A stretch of 42,972 nt of DNA from Candidatus Woesearchaeota archaeon (GTDB taxonomy: Archaea > Nanobdellota > Nanobdellia > Pacearchaeales > GW2011-AR1), in the NCBI GenBank assembly GCA_964600865.1, contig CAZRJP010000002.1, positions 1 to 42,972 on the forward strand, in the 5' to 3' direction. The translations under genes were made by a program, and so were the position numbers. Below, piece by piece: positions 7,488-17,804 of this stretch. Below the pieces are notes generated by a model. That model made no database searches, had not been told where the DNA came from, and saw nothing but the letters and a program-made list of their open reading frames with translations. The stretch's first letter is position 1. Every line of letters starts with the position of its first letter.

Positions 7488-8855
7488 ATGAAAAAAAGAG
7501 GCTTAAACTGGCTAATTATAACCACATTTATACTTTCATTCAACTTAATTTCTGCTGCAACAGGTTTAGGAGATTTTTTAGATGCAATTGGCACAGAAAC
7601 AATTGTACTTATCTCTGGTTTTATCATATCCTTTGCACTTACTCATTATTCTCTTAATAAAGCACTTGAATGGGATTCTAAAATTTCTGCAGCAATTGCA
7701 GTAGCTATTGCATTTTTAGTGACACAAGGAATAAATAAATTTAATTTAGGATTTCAAACCCAAAGAATACTAATTGATGTTGGAATTACATCAGACTTAG
7801 GGAATATTTTAATTGGTTTAATTACTTTACTAGCAATAGTTTTATTCATAATATATCTTATTAAAAAAGGTATAGAAAAATCTAAAATACATCATAAAAA
7901 ATCTCATCCATTCAAGATACTTATTTTCTTTATTGGTTCAAGCTTGATTGCCCTAGGAATTTTCGCAGATATTTATAATTCAATTGTTATAACGGTTGTA
8001 GGTTCTATTTTAATATTATTAGCTTTATTTTCTAAGGGCGGAGATGATGATGATGATGATGATGATTATGAAAAAGAAAATATAAGAATGATGGACACCC
8101 TAAATTTAATCTTGCTTCTTACTGGAATAGGGCTAATTATTTTAGGAGTTTACGGTGCAGGAGGAATCTATACCTTAGGAATAGGATTTATTGCAATTAT
8201 ACTCCTAATATGGAGGAATTGGAAAAAATGGAAGATAAAAAGAAAAATGAAAAAGATACATCAAAAAGGCAGGGATTTTGAGAATTGGAAAGAAGAAAAA
8301 CATGAAAGAAGGAGAGAACAAAAAAGAAAAGAAGCAGAGTATAAACACCAACAAAGATTAAAAAATTTAAGAGAAGATGCTCAAAAAGATTTAAACACTG
8401 TATCTCAACACATAAGAAAAAACAGAAATCCTAAAGATATCTATGAAAAAACAAGAAAGGCCTATATTGCAAAAGGCAGGTCTAAAAGAACTACCCAAGA
8501 TGAAATGGAGATTATTGAAAAAACAATAAACAAATTAGATGAAATGTATGCTGATTGGGTAAATTCACAAAGAAAAGGACAAAAACAATTAGAGTCACGT
8601 GAAATGAAATCAAAGAGAAAAAGAAAAAAAAGACAGAAAAAATTAGAATCAGGTAAAAAACGGAAAAAAAGACAGAAAAGATTAGATAATCTAAGAAAAA
8701 GATATAAAGAATTATCAAAAGAAACAGAACAAATCTATAAGAAGGTTGGAGGACATATACCTTCAAAAAAGAAACAGAAAAAAGCATATAAAAGATATAT
8801 GGACATTAGAAACAAAATGAAAAAAATTGAAAAAATGTTAAAGAAATTTGGATAA
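7488..8855 (+). CDS. Multi-pass membrane protein with a poly-Asp run and a long, highly basic coiled-coil tail
   Basis: There are about 8 hydrophobic segments, a 'GGDDDDDDDDYEKEN' loop, and a C-terminal ~200 aa dominated by K/R/E with an internal repeat 'KRKKRQKKLES / KRKKRQKRLDN'. Confidence 0.55.
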   Translation: MKKRGLNWLIITTFILSFNLISAATGLGDFLDAIGTETIVLISGFIISFALTHYSLNKALEWDSKISAAIAVAIAFLVTQGINKFNLGFQTQRILIDVGITSDLGNILIGLITLLAIVLFIIYLIKKGIEKSKIHHKKSHPFKILIFFIGSSLIALGIFADIYNSIVITVVGSILILLALFSKGGDDDDDDDDYEKENIRMMDTLNLILLLTGIGLIILGVYGAGGIYTLGIGFIAIILLIWRNWKKWKIKRKMKKIHQKGRDFENWKEEKHERRREQKRKEAEYKHQQRLKNLREDAQKDLNTVSQHIRKNRNPKDIYEKTRKAYIAKGRSKRTTQDEMEIIEKTINKLDEMYADWVNSQRKGQKQLESREMKSKRKRKKRQKKLESGKKRKKRQKRLDNLRKRYKELSKETEQIYKKVGGHIPSKKKQKKAYKRYMDIRNKMKKIEKMLKKFG

Positions 8856-8886
8856 TAAAACCTTTAAAAAAATTAATCAAACATCC

Positions 8887-9915
8887 TCAAAACAAAGTAG
8901 TTTGCTTCTTCTCGTCCTCTAATTTTCTAAGTTTCTTAAGTTGTTTTTCAACTCTTTTTTCAGAAAAATCATGTCTTTTAACAAGTATCTCTTTAATCTT
9001 ATCTTCATCTACTTTAGGAATTTCAATATCTACATCTTTAACATTATGTTTATGAAATAACTCGAAAATCTCTTTCCAATCAAATTGATGTTTCTCTGGA
9101 AGTTCCTTTATCTTATCTTCAACTTGCTCAAAAATTAATACTGGTTTTTTATATTTTTTAACTAATGCTAAAGCCTTTTTTTGACCAATTCCAGGAATTC
9201 CCTTAGGATTATAATCTGTTCCTACTAGAATTCCTAAACAAATTAACTGATTAAGATTTATATTTAATTGATTTAAAACTTTATCTAAGGTTATTAATTC
9301 TGGTTTAACCTCTACATATCCAGAGTAGGTCTTTCTTCTTTTTGCTAATGTTAAATTTCTAATAAGTTTTGGAGCACCAAATAATAAACTATCATAATCT
9401 TGTGATACTGCTGCATAAACACCATCATAAGTACACAAATGGGCTGCTTCTGCCTCTCCCTCACTTGGGGCCTGAACAACCATAATTCCCATAGCCTCTA
9501 AAAGCTCCTTACTTTCCTTAACCATTTCATCGTCTAATCTTAATAATTGACTACTATATCTTTTCATAGCAGAAACATCTTCTCTCTTCTTAGCATTATG
9601 ATATTTTTCCTTAGCAATTTTCCTATTCTTTTTTCTTTTTTTAGCAGTTTTAGATTTTAATTCAGGTGGTTTACCATCAAATACATATACTAATCTTAAT
9701 CCCTTACATAATAATTTGATATTTCTATAAAAAATTCCAGAAAAATGACTTGTAACTCTTTTTTGAGAATCCATTAAAGGTGTTCCATCTGGTTGTCTTA
9801 TACTAGACAAAAATTGATAAATCGTATTAAAAGCATCTACACAAAGTAATTTGCCCTTTAAATCATCAATCTCAATCTCCTTACGTGGAATAATATCCTT
9901 TATACTCAGTCCCAT
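8887..9915 (-). CDS. fen: Flap endonuclease 1
   Basis: It has the XPG-N/XPG-I pattern ('MGLSIKDIIP', 'VFDGKPPELK', 'APSEGEAEAA', 'SQDYDSLLFGAP', 'GTDYNP.GIPGIG') and a C-terminal 'QTTLF' PIP-like end. Confidence 0.92.
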   Translation of the reverse strand: MGLSIKDIIPRKEIEIDDLKGKLLCVDAFNTIYQFLSSIRQPDGTPLMDSQKRVTSHFSGIFYRNIKLLCKGLRLVYVFDGKPPELKSKTAKKRKKNRKIAKEKYHNAKKREDVSAMKRYSSQLLRLDDEMVKESKELLEAMGIMVVQAPSEGEAEAAHLCTYDGVYAAVSQDYDSLLFGAPKLIRNLTLAKRRKTYSGYVEVKPELITLDKVLNQLNINLNQLICLGILVGTDYNPKGIPGIGQKKALALVKKYKKPVLIFEQVEDKIKELPEKHQFDWKEIFELFHKHNVKDVDIEIPKVDEDKIKEILVKRHDFSEKRVEKQLKKLRKLEDEKKQTTLF

Positions 9916-10005
9916 AATTTATTTTAGAAAAAGCTGTATAAATAATTAACGATAAGAATAAATAATTAATAAAAAATAATAGTGAAAAGATTTGTTTCTT
10001 TATCC

Positions 10006-10623
10006 TTAAGCCTTTTTGTCAATAGGAAGAAGATATTTTTTGCTTAATTCAAGGTCCTCATCTCGCTCTATTCTTTTATCCCAAACACGTAACCTTTTAG
10101 ATTTTTCATGAGCAGGACCGAATCTTTCACTTGGATGAATATGAGTATAATCAAAAGTAACTGGTTTAAATCTAAAAGTAGCTATTTTTTCCTCTAATCT
10201 CTCAGATTCAGGTTGATAATATTGCAATGATTCAGTATAAATTTCATCATAAACAATCTTCTCTTCAGGTCTAAACATAATCATCTTATTCATTTCTTTA
10301 TTAGTATAATTTTTAAGACTTAATCCCCTTTCTTGTCTAAAATAATTATCTTTTGCAGCATTCCTAAAATAAGTTTTTCCGTCTTTAAAGAACAATGTTC
10401 CAACTCTTGAGAAATCCCTCATAGCTTCAGAATAAATTTTATCAAAATTTTTTCCTCTAAAAATCTTATCTACTAAAAGAACAACTCCATCATCTCCCAC
10501 CTTAATATAATTAGTTTTCTTGTTATGAATACTTTTGCTACATGGCACTAAATTTTCACCAGAATCCTCTAAACAACTTAAAGTGAAATCCATCATTCTT
10601 TTCTTTTCTTTTTGACTTGTCAT
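10006..10623 (-). CDS. Hypothetical protein
   Basis: This is a 205-aa ORF with coding-like composition. I recognise no motifs. Confidence 0.45.
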   Translation of the reverse strand: MTSQKEKKRMMDFTLSCLEDSGENLVPCSKSIHNKKTNYIKVGDDGVVLLVDKIFRGKNFDKIYSEAMRDFSRVGTLFFKDGKTYFRNAAKDNYFRQERGLSLKNYTNKEMNKMIMFRPEEKIVYDEIYTESLQYYQPESERLEEKIATFRFKPVTFDYTHIHPSERFGPAHEKSKRLRVWDKRIERDEDLELSKKYLLPIDKKA

Positions 10624-10796
10624 ATTTTAAAAAAGACATTTTTATTTATAAATGTTTCTATAGTTGTTACATAAAAGTGATTACATAATAAAAAACCCTC
10701 TTACTCTGAAAATGTTACTAAAATTAATTCTAATTTAAAAACTGCATAAAAAATAAATACGGCTAAATTTAAATAAGTAGTTCTCTTTTTTTTCTT

Positions 10797-13301
10797 ATGA
10801 AAACAATAAAAACAGATTTTATTCCAATGCATTATGATTACTTTGATTATAAAGGTAGAAATTACATCAAAATAACTGGGAGAAACTCCAAAAGAAAAAG
10901 AATATGCATTATAGATGATTGTGATGTATATTTATGGGCAATTTTAAAAGAAAATACTTCTAAAAAGAAAATTAAAAAAATTATTAAAAAAATATCTAAA
11001 ATACAATTAGATACTAAGGGAAGAAATACAAAAGTAGAAAAAGTTGAACTAAAAAACAAGAATTTCCTAGGAAAAAAAGTAAAAGCATTGAAAGTTTATG
11101 CTACAAATTATAAAGATTTACATGATGTTGCAGATAAATTAGGTATGGATGAAATAGAAAAAAGAAGAGGGTATGATCTTGGATATAAAAGTCATTACAT
11201 AATTGAAAAGAACCTAACACCCTTAAAATGGCATAAAATTGAGGGAGAATTGCTAGATAATTCTCAAGAACTAGGGGGTGTTGGAATGTCATTAGATGTA
11301 GATAAATGTATTAAAGCAGAATCAATAAAACCTGTTAAAAAGCAAACAAAAAAACAAAATGATTTCAAACCAAAAGTTCTTGCATATGATATTGAAAGTG
11401 ATGAATTAGAAATTGGTGAAGGAGAGATAGTTATGGTTTCTCTTATGGATAACAATGGATTTGAAAAAGTAATAACTTATAAAAAGAATAATGAAAAAAA
11501 ATCAAAACTTCCTTATGTAGAATATGTGGAAGACGAAGCATCTCTTTTAGAGAAATTTGTTGAATATGTAAAAGAAATCTCTCCAGATATTTTAACAGGG
11601 TATTATTCAGATGGTTTTGATTTGCCTTATCTAAGAGCAAGAGCAGAAAAATTCAATGTAAAACTCTCTTTAGGATTAGATGGAAGCAAACCAAGATTTA
11701 CTCGTGGAAGGAACATGTCTGGAAAAATAAGAGGGATTGTCCATTTAGATTTAATCAAATTCATAAAAACTGCTTATGCACAATACATGAAATCTGAAAC
11801 ACTTGGATTAGATGATGTTGCAAAAGAATTTTTAGGAGAAGAAAAAAAGGAATTTGAACACAAACACTCCTCTGAATTAAACCATAAAGATTGGCAAGAA
11901 TATTATAAATATAATCTTCACGATTCCAAATTAGTAATAAAACTATTTGATAAATTCTGGCCAGATTTATTAGAATTTTCAAAAACAATTCAAGAACCAA
12001 TATTTAGTATTTCAAGAGCAGGCCTTTCAAAATATGTAGAAAATTACATACTCCATAATTTAAAAAAATTTAATGAAATACCTGAAAAAAGACCAACATA
12101 CAATGACATTAGAAAAAGAAGGTCTAGTGGAGGAGTAAAAGGGGCATTTGTCTATGAACCTTCTCCAGGATTATATAAAAACCTTGCAATGTTTGATTTT
12201 ACTTCAATGCACACCAGTATAATAATAACACATAACCTATCAAAAGGAACGCTATTAAATAAAAAAACAAAAAATGCTATTGCATCTCCTAAATTAAAAT
12301 TAAATGGGAAAGAGAAACAATTTTACTTCTCTAAAAAACAAGGATTTTTTCCTGAAGTTATGAAAGAAATCTTTGACAAAAGAAAAAAATATAAAAAACA
12401 ATATAAGAAAAATCCAGATGTTATAACCAAAGCTAGAAGTAATGCATTTAAGGTTTTATCTGCATCTGTTCATGGTTATATTGGATTCTTTGGGGCAAGA
12501 TATTATTCTATAGAATCTTCAGCATCTATACTCGCATTTGTAAGAAAATACAATAAAGATACAATAAATAAAATAAAAGAAAAAGGACATAAAATTATCT
12601 ATGGAGATACAGACAGCATAGCATTTTTAACTAAAGGGAAAAATAAAAAAGAAATAAAAAAACTTCTTAAAGAATTAAACTCCCAACTTCCAGGAATAAT
12701 GGAACTTGAATTAGAAAAAGTGTACAAAAGAGGCTTATGGGTTACTACAAGAGCAGGGAAAATAGGTGCAAAAAAGAAATATGCATTAATAGACAAAAAA
12801 GGTGAAACAAAAATAAGGGGATTTGAAACAGTTAGAAGAGACTGGTGTCAATTATCTAGGAATGTTCAAGATAAAATTATAAAATTAATTTTAAAGGAAG
12901 GTAATGAAAAAGAGGCATTAGAATATGTTAAAAAAATAGTTAAAAAAATTAAAAAAAGAAAAATAAAAATTAAAGATTTGTTAATAAAAACTCAATTAAA
13001 AAAACCAATAAAAGAATACAAATCATTACCTCCTCATGTTGCTGCAGCTAAAAAAATGAAAGAAAAAGAAATCCCTGTCAGCCAAGGAAACCTTATTGAA
13101 TATTATATAGCTGAAACTAAAAAGAAAAAGAAACTAGTCCGTGAAAAGGTTCGTTTACCTCAAGAAAAAGGAGAATATAATATTAAATATTACTTAAGCA
13201 GACAAATTCTTCCTGCTATTGAAAACATCTTTCAAGTTTTTGATGTTGATATAAAAAAAGTACTTGAGGATAGCAATCAGAAAACACTTAAGGAATTTTA
13301 A
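10797..13301 (+). CDS. polB: Family B DNA polymerase (divergent motifs A and B)
   Basis: The exonuclease motifs are Exo I 'LAYDIESDE', Exo II 'GFDLPYL' and Exo III 'YYKYNLHDSKL'. The polymerase motifs are motif A 'DFTSMHTSIIITHNLS', motif B 'KVLSASVHGYIG', motif C 'YGDTDS' and 'KKKYALID...RRDW'. The C-terminus has a PIP-like 'QKTLKEF'. Confidence 0.92.
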   Translation: MKTIKTDFIPMHYDYFDYKGRNYIKITGRNSKRKRICIIDDCDVYLWAILKENTSKKKIKKIIKKISKIQLDTKGRNTKVEKVELKNKNFLGKKVKALKVYATNYKDLHDVADKLGMDEIEKRRGYDLGYKSHYIIEKNLTPLKWHKIEGELLDNSQELGGVGMSLDVDKCIKAESIKPVKKQTKKQNDFKPKVLAYDIESDELEIGEGEIVMVSLMDNNGFEKVITYKKNNEKKSKLPYVEYVEDEASLLEKFVEYVKEISPDILTGYYSDGFDLPYLRARAEKFNVKLSLGLDGSKPRFTRGRNMSGKIRGIVHLDLIKFIKTAYAQYMKSETLGLDDVAKEFLGEEKKEFEHKHSSELNHKDWQEYYKYNLHDSKLVIKLFDKFWPDLLEFSKTIQEPIFSISRAGLSKYVENYILHNLKKFNEIPEKRPTYNDIRKRRSSGGVKGAFVYEPSPGLYKNLAMFDFTSMHTSIIITHNLSKGTLLNKKTKNAIASPKLKLNGKEKQFYFSKKQGFFPEVMKEIFDKRKKYKKQYKKNPDVITKARSNAFKVLSASVHGYIGFFGARYYSIESSASILAFVRKYNKDTINKIKEKGHKIIYGDTDSIAFLTKGKNKKEIKKLLKELNSQLPGIMELELEKVYKRGLWVTTRAGKIGAKKKYALIDKKGETKIRGFETVRRDWCQLSRNVQDKIIKLILKEGNEKEALEYVKKIVKKIKKRKIKIKDLLIKTQLKKPIKEYKSLPPHVAAAKKMKEKEIPVSQGNLIEYYIAETKKKKKLVREKVRLPQEKGEYNIKYYLSRQILPAIENIFQVFDVDIKKVLEDSNQKTLKEF

Positions 13302-13336
13302 TAAAAATTTTAAATGATTAAATAAAATATAATACC

Positions 13337-14242
13337 ATGAAAAAATCAGAAATATCCAAAACAATTAAGGCTGGAAAAATAGCCTCTAAAACAAAAGAAT
13401 ATGCAAGAGATATAATTAAACCAGGTATGCCTCTTTTAGAAATAGCAGAAAAAATTGAAAATAAAATTAAGGAATTAGGAGGGGATCCTGCATTTCCTAC
13501 TAATTTAAGCATTAATGAGATAGCTGCCCATTATACCCCTACTCCTAATGACGATACTGTTGCAAGTGGATTATTAAAGGTAGATTTTGGTGTTCACATA
13601 GATGGATGGATTGCAGATACAGCCTTTTCATTAGACATGGAAAAAAACTTTGAAAACAAAAAATTAATCCAGGTAGCAGAAGACTGTTTAAAAAATGCAG
13701 AGAAGATTATGAAAAAAGGTATATCTACAAATGAAATAGGTAAGGAAATTTACAGGACATGCATATCAAATAATGTTAATTCTATTGTTAACTTAAATGG
13801 GCATGAGATAGATAAATATGACTTACATGCAGGCATCACTATTCCTAATATAAATAATAAAAAAGATGAAAAAATAACAAATGGGATTTATGCAGTAGAA
13901 CCTTTTGTAACAAGAGGTGATGGAAAAATATATGAGGGAAAACCCTCAGAAATATATTTATTATTAAATACAAAAAATATAAGAAATCCTACTGCAAGAG
14001 AAATTTTAACATATATTACAGACCAATATGGAAATCTTCCATTTTGTAGTAGATGGGTTATTAATGAATTTGGAACAAAATCAATAAGAGCATTAAAATT
14101 ATTAAAACAACAAGGAAATATCCATCAATATCCTCAATTAGTAGAAAAATCAAAAAACAAAGTTGCTCAAGCAGAAAACACTATTTTAATACAAGATAAA
14201 GAAGTCACAATAACAACAAAAGATTCTAAAAAAGAAGAATAA
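13337..14242 (+). CDS. map: Methionine aminopeptidase, type 2 (archaeal)
   Basis: It has 'PAFPTNLSINEIAAHYTP', 'KVDFGVHIDGWIADTAF', 'NLNGHEI' and 'EPF...G' pita-bread fold motifs. Confidence 0.9.
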   Translation: MKKSEISKTIKAGKIASKTKEYARDIIKPGMPLLEIAEKIENKIKELGGDPAFPTNLSINEIAAHYTPTPNDDTVASGLLKVDFGVHIDGWIADTAFSLDMEKNFENKKLIQVAEDCLKNAEKIMKKGISTNEIGKEIYRTCISNNVNSIVNLNGHEIDKYDLHAGITIPNINNKKDEKITNGIYAVEPFVTRGDGKIYEGKPSEIYLLLNTKNIRNPTAREILTYITDQYGNLPFCSRWVINEFGTKSIRALKLLKQQGNIHQYPQLVEKSKNKVAQAENTILIQDKEVTITTKDSKKEE

Positions 14243-14253
14243 TTATCTTAAAA

Positions 14254-16554
14254 TTATCCTAAATAACTATTTTCCTGAGGAACTGCTGCTTTTGCATTCT
14301 TTAAGAAATTTTCCTCAACTTGTTTATATACCTTTATTGTGCTTGGGGTGACACTTGGTTTTATCCTATCCATTGCTTCATCAAAATTCTTTTTTGTAAC
14401 CTTATCAGATTTCATATCTTTTCTTAATGCAATCATTCCTGCTTCTCTAACAATTGCTTCAATATCTGCACCAGTATATCCTTCTGTTTTGCCTGCTAAT
14501 TTATCAAAATTAATTCCTTTTGTAAGAGGCATTTTTTTTGTATGAACCTTGAAAATTTCTTTCCTAGCTTTTTTATCTGGAGCATTAACTAATAAAATCT
14601 TATCAAATCTTCCAGGCCTTAACAATCCAGGATCCACCATATCTGGCCTATTTGTGGCACCAATAATTAAAACATCATTTAAATCTTCTAAACCATCCAT
14701 CTCTGCAAGTAATTGGTTTAATACTCTTTCAGTAACTTTTGTTCCTTGTTCCTTCCCTCTCTTACCTGCAAGAGCATCTAATTCATCAAAAAATACTACA
14801 CAAGGAGCAACTTGTCTTGCTCTTTCAAAGACCTTTCTAATACCTTGTTCACTTTCTCCTACCCATTTACTTAATAATTCTGGCCCTTTAATTTGTATAA
14901 AATTAGCTTCTGATTCTTTTGCAACTGCCTTAGCCAATAATGTTTTTCCTGTTCCAGGAGGACCATAAAGTAATATTCCTCTTGAAGGTCTTATTCCCAT
15001 TCTCTTAAAACTCTCAGGATGTTTCAAAGGCCATTCAACTGCCTCATTTAATTCTCTCTTAATCTCTTCTAATCCCCCTATTTGTTTCCATGAAATATTT
15101 GGGGCTTCAACAAATACTTCTCTCATTGCAGAAGGCCTTACAATTTTTAATGCTTCTAAAAAGTCACTATGTTTAATTAATAATTTTTCTAAGACTTCTG
15201 GGGGGATTTGTTCATCTTCATCTAATTTCATTTTAGGAAGATATTTTCTTAAAACATTCATTGCAGATTCCTTACTTAAAGATTCTAAATCTGCTCCAAC
15301 AAATCCGTGAGTTAAAGATGCAATCTTATCTATTTTAACATTTTTCAAAGGCATCCCTCTTGTATGAATTTTAAGAATCTCTTTTCTAGCTTTTTTATCT
15401 GGAACACCTACTTCTATTTCTCTATCAAATCTTCCAGGTCTACGTAAAGCAGGGTCTACAGCATTTACTCTATTTGTAGCACCAATAACAATAACTTCTC
15501 CTCTTCCTTTTAATCCGTCCATCATAGTAAGAATTTGAGAAACAACACGTCTTTCTACTTCTCCATGAACATCTTCTCTTTTAGGTGCAATAGCATCTAT
15601 TTCATCAATAAATATTATACTAGGAGCAGTTTTTTCTGCTTCATCAAAAATCTTTCTTATTTTCTTTTCTGATTCTCCATAAAACTTGCTCATAATTTCA
15701 GGTCCATTTAATAATATAAAATTAGCATCAGACTCATTTGCAACTGCCTTGGCCAATAATGTTTTTCCTGTTCCAGGAGGACCATGTAATAAAACTCCTT
15801 TAGGAGCATCAACACCTAACTTTCTAAATATCTCTGGATGTTTTATAGGTATTTCAACCATCTCTCTTATTTTCTTTATCTCATCACTTAATCCACCTAT
15901 ATCTTCATAAGTAATCTCAGGTATCTTTTCATCTGAAACCTCTACTGCTTTTGGATTTAAGACTACCTTAGTATTTTCTGTGATTATAACTGGTTTACTA
16001 GGATTTGTTGAAACAACTAAAAATTTAATCTGTGCAACTCCTCCTCCAAGGTTTCCAAAAATATTATTCAAATCTTCTCCAAAGATATCTCCAAATCCTT
16101 CTCCAAGACCCATATCTGAAAATAAATCTCTTCTTCTTTGAACACCGCCAAGAACAATCAAATCTCCTTTCATTAAAGACCTACCAAGTAATCCTTTTTG
16201 TAGACTTTTAGAATTTGCTTGAACCATGATTCCCTTTTGAGCAGGAGCAATAACTACTTTTTTTGCTTCTTGAACATTTGCCTTAGAAATCTTAACTGAA
16301 TCTCCAATACTTGTTTTTGCATTTCTTCTTAATATCCCATCAATTCTAATAATTCCTTCTCCTACATCAGCAGGATAAGCTCTATCTGCAATTGCTATTG
16401 TCTCCCTATTTCCTTTAATCTTAATAACATCTCCTCTATGAACTCCTAAATCTCTCATTATTTCAGCATCTAATCTAGCAATTCCTTTATATGCATCATC
16501 TTGTAATGCTTCTGCAACACTTAATCTTATTTCTTTATCTTTTTTCTTAGCCAT
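14254..16554 (-). CDS. cdc48: CDC48/VCP-like AAA+ ATPase
   Basis: An N-domain ('LRLSVAEA...GDVIKIKG') is followed by two AAA modules, each with '[15 protein letters not shown]' and a DE Walker B (IFIDEID, VFFDELD), plus the SRH '[16 protein letters not shown]'. Confidence 0.95.
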   Translation of the reverse strand: MAKKKDKEIRLSVAEALQDDAYKGIARLDAEIMRDLGVHRGDVIKIKGNRETIAIADRAYPADVGEGIIRIDGILRRNAKTSIGDSVKISKANVQEAKKVVIAPAQKGIMVQANSKSLQKGLLGRSLMKGDLIVLGGVQRRRDLFSDMGLGEGFGDIFGEDLNNIFGNLGGGVAQIKFLVVSTNPSKPVIITENTKVVLNPKAVEVSDEKIPEITYEDIGGLSDEIKKIREMVEIPIKHPEIFRKLGVDAPKGVLLHGPPGTGKTLLAKAVANESDANFILLNGPEIMSKFYGESEKKIRKIFDEAEKTAPSIIFIDEIDAIAPKREDVHGEVERRVVSQILTMMDGLKGRGEVIVIGATNRVNAVDPALRRPGRFDREIEVGVPDKKARKEILKIHTRGMPLKNVKIDKIASLTHGFVGADLESLSKESAMNVLRKYLPKMKLDEDEQIPPEVLEKLLIKHSDFLEALKIVRPSAMREVFVEAPNISWKQIGGLEEIKRELNEAVEWPLKHPESFKRMGIRPSRGILLYGPPGTGKTLLAKAVAKESEANFIQIKGPELLSKWVGESEQGIRKVFERARQVAPCVVFFDELDALAGKRGKEQGTKVTERVLNQLLAEMDGLEDLNDVLIIGATNRPDMVDPGLLRPGRFDKILLVNAPDKKARKEIFKVHTKKMPLTKGINFDKLAGKTEGYTGADIEAIVREAGMIALRKDMKSDKVTKKNFDEAMDRIKPSVTPSTIKVYKQVEENFLKNAKAAVPQENSYLG

Positions 16555-16555
16555 T

Positions 16556-16909
16556 TTATTGTTTTTTCTCCAATTCTTTAAATTTTAAACTTAATTTTCC
16601 AAAGTCTTCAAAACATAACTTAACCATCTCATCCATTATTTTCTTTTGTTCATTCATAAAACTTACGATTTCTTTTGGAATTGAAACAGCATAACTATTA
16701 CCTACAAGTCTCATCTTTACTTTATATTCTTTTTTCCTTAAATTTAAATATTTTTTATATTCTTGCTTATCTACTGGGTGAACTATCTTATTAGAGCATT
16801 TTGAACAAACCATTGCTCTCATTATAAAACCATTTTTAGAAACTTTCTTTTTTTGCATTTGATTATTACAATCATTACATAAGATTTTGTTGTCAAATAT
16901 ATCTGCCAT
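16556..16909 (-). CDS. Zinc-ribbon + AbrB/SpoVT-like small protein
   Basis: From the internal ATG 16909 (MADIFDN...), it has 'CNDCNN...CSKCSN' and '[14 protein letters not shown]' (SpoVT/AbrB-type). Its stop is separated from the cdc48 start by a single nucleotide on the same strand. Confidence 0.55.
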   Translation of the reverse strand: MADIFDNKILCNDCNNQMQKKKVSKNGFIMRAMVCSKCSNKIVHPVDKQEYKKYLNLRKKEYKVKMRLVGNSYAVSIPKEIVSFMNEQKKIMDEMVKLCFEDFGKLSLKFKELEKKQ

Positions 16910-17119
16910 TTTTACTTTGTTTTGTTTTTTGTTTTTATTTATTAATATAATGACCACATCCTCCAAAAAGGCGATGTGGCCTGAGGTTGAAAAGAGGTTG
17001 CTTAATAAAAAGCATGTAAGTGTATACACACTTACGTATATACTAATAATTGTATACTATTTAAATGTTTTGGTATGGTTTATAAAACATTTTAAAAACT
17101 AAAAAGAATTATTTGGAAT

Positions 17120-17758
17120 ATGGATTTTAATAATATAAAAAAAGGTGTTAAAAAAATCTGGAAAAAGTTCTGGTTTATGTTTTGGAAGGAAGATTCTTTC
17201 AAGGGATGGATATTCTCTTTAATAGTCTTATTAATATTCTTTCAATTAATATTTTTTCCTGGATTAAGATTACTTACTGGAAGTCCACTACCTTTAGCTA
17301 TTGTTGAATCATGTAGTATGTATCACGAGCATAATTTTTTCTCCTCATTTGACTCTTGGTGGGAAAGAAATGAAGATAAATACAATGAATTAGGAATTAC
17401 TAAAGAAGAATTTGAGAAATTTCCCTTCAAAAGAGGTTTTGGAAAAGGAGATATTTTACTAACAATAAACGCAAATCCAGAGGAATTAGAAATAGGAGAA
17501 ATAATACTTTTTAATGCAAATCAAAAAAACCCTGTAATACATAGGATAATAAATATAAAAGAAACTGAAAATGGAAAAATCTTCTCTACAATTGGAGATA
17601 ATAATAATCAGCAATTATCTGTAGAAAAAGAAATAACTGAAAAGAATATAATTGCAAAGGCAAAAGTAAGAATAATACCTTATGCGGGATGGATTAAATT
17701 AATTTTCTTTGAACCATTTAGACCAGTTAGTAATAAAGGCCTATGTAATGAAAATTAA
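17120..17758 (+). CDS. Signal peptidase I, archaeal/eukaryotic (S26B) type
   Basis: It has an N-terminal TM segment, the catalytic-Ser box 'VESCSMYHE', 'PVIHRI' and 'TIGDNNN'. Confidence 0.75.
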   Translation: MDFNNIKKGVKKIWKKFWFMFWKEDSFKGWIFSLIVLLIFFQLIFFPGLRLLTGSPLPLAIVESCSMYHEHNFFSSFDSWWERNEDKYNELGITKEEFEKFPFKRGFGKGDILLTINANPEELEIGEIILFNANQKNPVIHRIINIKETENGKIFSTIGDNNNQQLSVEKEITEKNIIAKAKVRIIPYAGWIKLIFFEPFRPVSNKGLCNEN

Positions 17759-17804
17759 TTAAATCGCAAGTTTTAAAAATAAATCTATATTTTAAAGAAG
17801 GATA

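Noticed and set aside
10862-12796. A series of 63-79-aa minus-strand ORFs inside polB. Similar antisense ORFs lie inside cdc48 (14339-14545, 14549-14968, 15686-15910), valS (33743-34099, 34295-34675, 35500-35688), aRF1 (31819-32019, 32863-33123), topA (23396-23581, 23882-24172), the 7488-8855 gene (8512-8787) and others.
   Set aside because: They lie entirely within, and antisense to or out of frame with, long ORFs that carry unmistakable conserved motifs. Their translations are low-complexity F/L/I/S-rich strings typical of the antisense strand of K/E-rich AT-rich genes.
16954-16979. A GC-rich hairpin (ccacatc / gatgtgg, 12-nt loop) in the AT-rich divergent intergenic region between the Zn-ribbon/AbrB gene and the signal peptidase gene.
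   Set aside because: It is an isolated 7-bp stem with no recognisable RNA-family features. It may be a 5'-UTR or operator element, but there is no evidence for a discrete RNA gene.
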